Assembly (NCBI GenBank): GCA_050273025.1
Contig: CP158635.1
Span: 30,194,001 to 30,258,000 of the forward strand
Direction: 5' to 3'
Length of the DNA stretch: 64,000 nt
DNA from: Cenococcum geophilum
Lineage: Eukaryota
The translations under genes were made by a program, and so were the position numbers. The number at the start of each line of letters is the position of its first letter. The stretch's first letter is position 1. Positions 62,282 through 64,000 of this stretch are shown piece by piece. The notes below the pieces were generated by a model. The model had not been told where the DNA came from and made no database searches. It worked only from the letters and a program-made list of their open reading frames with translations.

Positions 62282-64000
62282 TGTAACGGAACCTTGTAGA
62301 AGGAACTACAATGGGTTCTATTATTGGGCTAGGTATATAGGTAATGCAAATAAAGTTAACAACGTAATAATAACTAGTAGAGTGGTTGCCTAACAGATTA
62401 ACTCTAATTATATTTTGAGAATTACTACAAAGAAGGAACTATCTAGGTAGGGACTATGGTCCTTTAAATACACAACCGTACTCCTAAGAAATCCTTCTTA
62501 TACGTGATGTACGTGTGCTCTGTTTACTCTATTATAGATCTTATAGATTATACAGATTATATAGATCACCTTATATAACTTACTTACCATTCCTTATTAT
62601 ATAGTTCTATTGGCTTTATCCTAGACCATGCTTATATTAACCAACTAGCTTCTTCTAACTCTTCTCTAAGTAGTTATAATATTGTACTTAAAGCGTCCGT
62701 AACACTATCTCCCTCCTCTTTATCTTTATCCTTAAAGATTCCTAATATCTCTAAGTTGTTTACTAGAGGTGTAATATCTGTCTAATTAATTTAGTTAATA
62801 TTATTACTTATTATACCTAAAGCTTCTTCTTCTTCTTCTTCTATAGCTCGTCGGTCTCGTACTATTACCGTTATTTTGTCGCTTAGTAAAATTATACTAT
62901 CTCTATATTCCTATTATGCGAAAAAGGGGTTAGTTTATATTATATTGGCGAGCCCTTCCTCGCGGCAACCGTCCTTTTATTTAGAGTATACCAAGGCAAA
63001 CATTTATTCTTCTTATGACGTTTATTCCGTCTTAGATGCTAAGTATACACGTCCTATAACTCTTAATAGTTATTAAGTCCCTCTGTTAATCTATTATAGG
63101 GTTTTATATTTAATCTGCTGCTACGCGGCTAGATAATAAACTGTTAGTAGCTCTGGCTAAGCTTTATTATTCTTATAATGCTAAGTAGAAGGCTGCTAAT
63201 GCTTAATAGCGTGCCCTTAACTCTTACCTTGCTACATCTACTTAACTAATTTATCTTAAGAAAGTGCGTAAGAAGGTCCGTTTTAAGGAGTAGAAACTTA
63301 TAAAATAAGGTCTGTAGGAACTTAGTAATAAGAGGACTAGTTCTTCCTTAACTAAATAGGGAACAACTCCAAGTAGCTCGGTAGCTGCTCCTCTTAGGTC
63401 CCCCTCAAGTAACTCATTTTTTAATAAACCTTTTTTATCAATATTACCTGACCTGCTTTCTTCTAATACTCCTATACCTTTCTTATAACTTTTTTAAATT
63501 CTTTAGTGGCTCCTAGGTAGTCTTATTATAGCCTATCCACTTAACCTTATACTATATTTCGTTGTTAATGTCCTTATAACTAATAATCTTTAAAACTTAC
63601 TATTCGTCCTCTTCTTATCCTCTATATATGTCTGCTTTATAAACTAGTGGCTTAATATTCCTATATACTGGCTCTAGCATTATAATATACTATATAGGGT
63701 AGATCTTTATCCTAGCTAGTAGGTTTAACTTAAATGTAACTGGTAAAATCCTCTACGTAACTTTAAAAGGTTCTAGTCTAACATAGTCTAACTTCTTACT
63801 TTGTCGTTAACTCTTGAAATTTTTATATAGTAGCTATACTTTATCTCCCTCCTTAAGATCTGGTCCCTTAGATCTCTTAGCATTATAGTACCTTTTCATT
63901 CTTTACTATACTATTTTAGCTGTTTCCATAAGGTCTATATAAAGATTTATTAAAGTCTCTATTCTTTACTTAGCTATACTACTTGTTCTCTTTACTTAAT
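62282..64000 (-). mobile_element. Family B copy B3, 3' end (LTR 62282-62704, PPT, antisense ORF, chromodomain, integrase end); runs off the window
   Basis: Reverse complement of B1 ~34780-36496. Confidence 0.92.
62813..63420 (+). pseudogene. B3 copy of the antisense Cys6 + coiled-coil ORF
   Basis: (M)PKASSS... start; putative intron 63045-63099; exon 2 is coiled-coil-like (LEKVRKKVR.EEQKL after RIP reversion). Confidence 0.6.

Overview
This is filamentous-ascomycete DNA: a gene-poor, heterochromatin-like nest of transposable elements. It is devastated by RIP-type C>T/G>A transitions, giving strong TpA excess and TAA/TAG replacing Gln/Trp/Arg codons. Only ~1.15-4.26 kb is RIP-poor host sequence, carrying a 4-exon DUF6594-like membrane-protein gene and a weak hypothetical ORF. 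The nest can be largely reconstructed from LTRs, TIRs and TSDs. It holds two chromodomain Gypsy families (A and B, several copies), one Ylt1-like Gypsy (C), two Copia elements (D and E), a hAT, a pogo/Tigger transposon, a Tad1-like LINE fragment, several solo LTRs and a 356-bp foldback. The main candidate novelty is Gypsy C: between its integrase and PPT/3' LTR it carries a ~2.7-kb sense ORF that de-RIPs to a 2OG-Fe(II) dioxygenase-like protein (HxD...H...R), hidden by a 5.5-kb microhomology-bounded inversion. Other notable items are an ORF1-only, poly(A)-tailed, TSD-flanked LINE derivative and a conserved antisense Cys6/coiled-coil ORF in three family-B copies. All TE protein calls rest on manual translation with RIP reversion; no database search was run.
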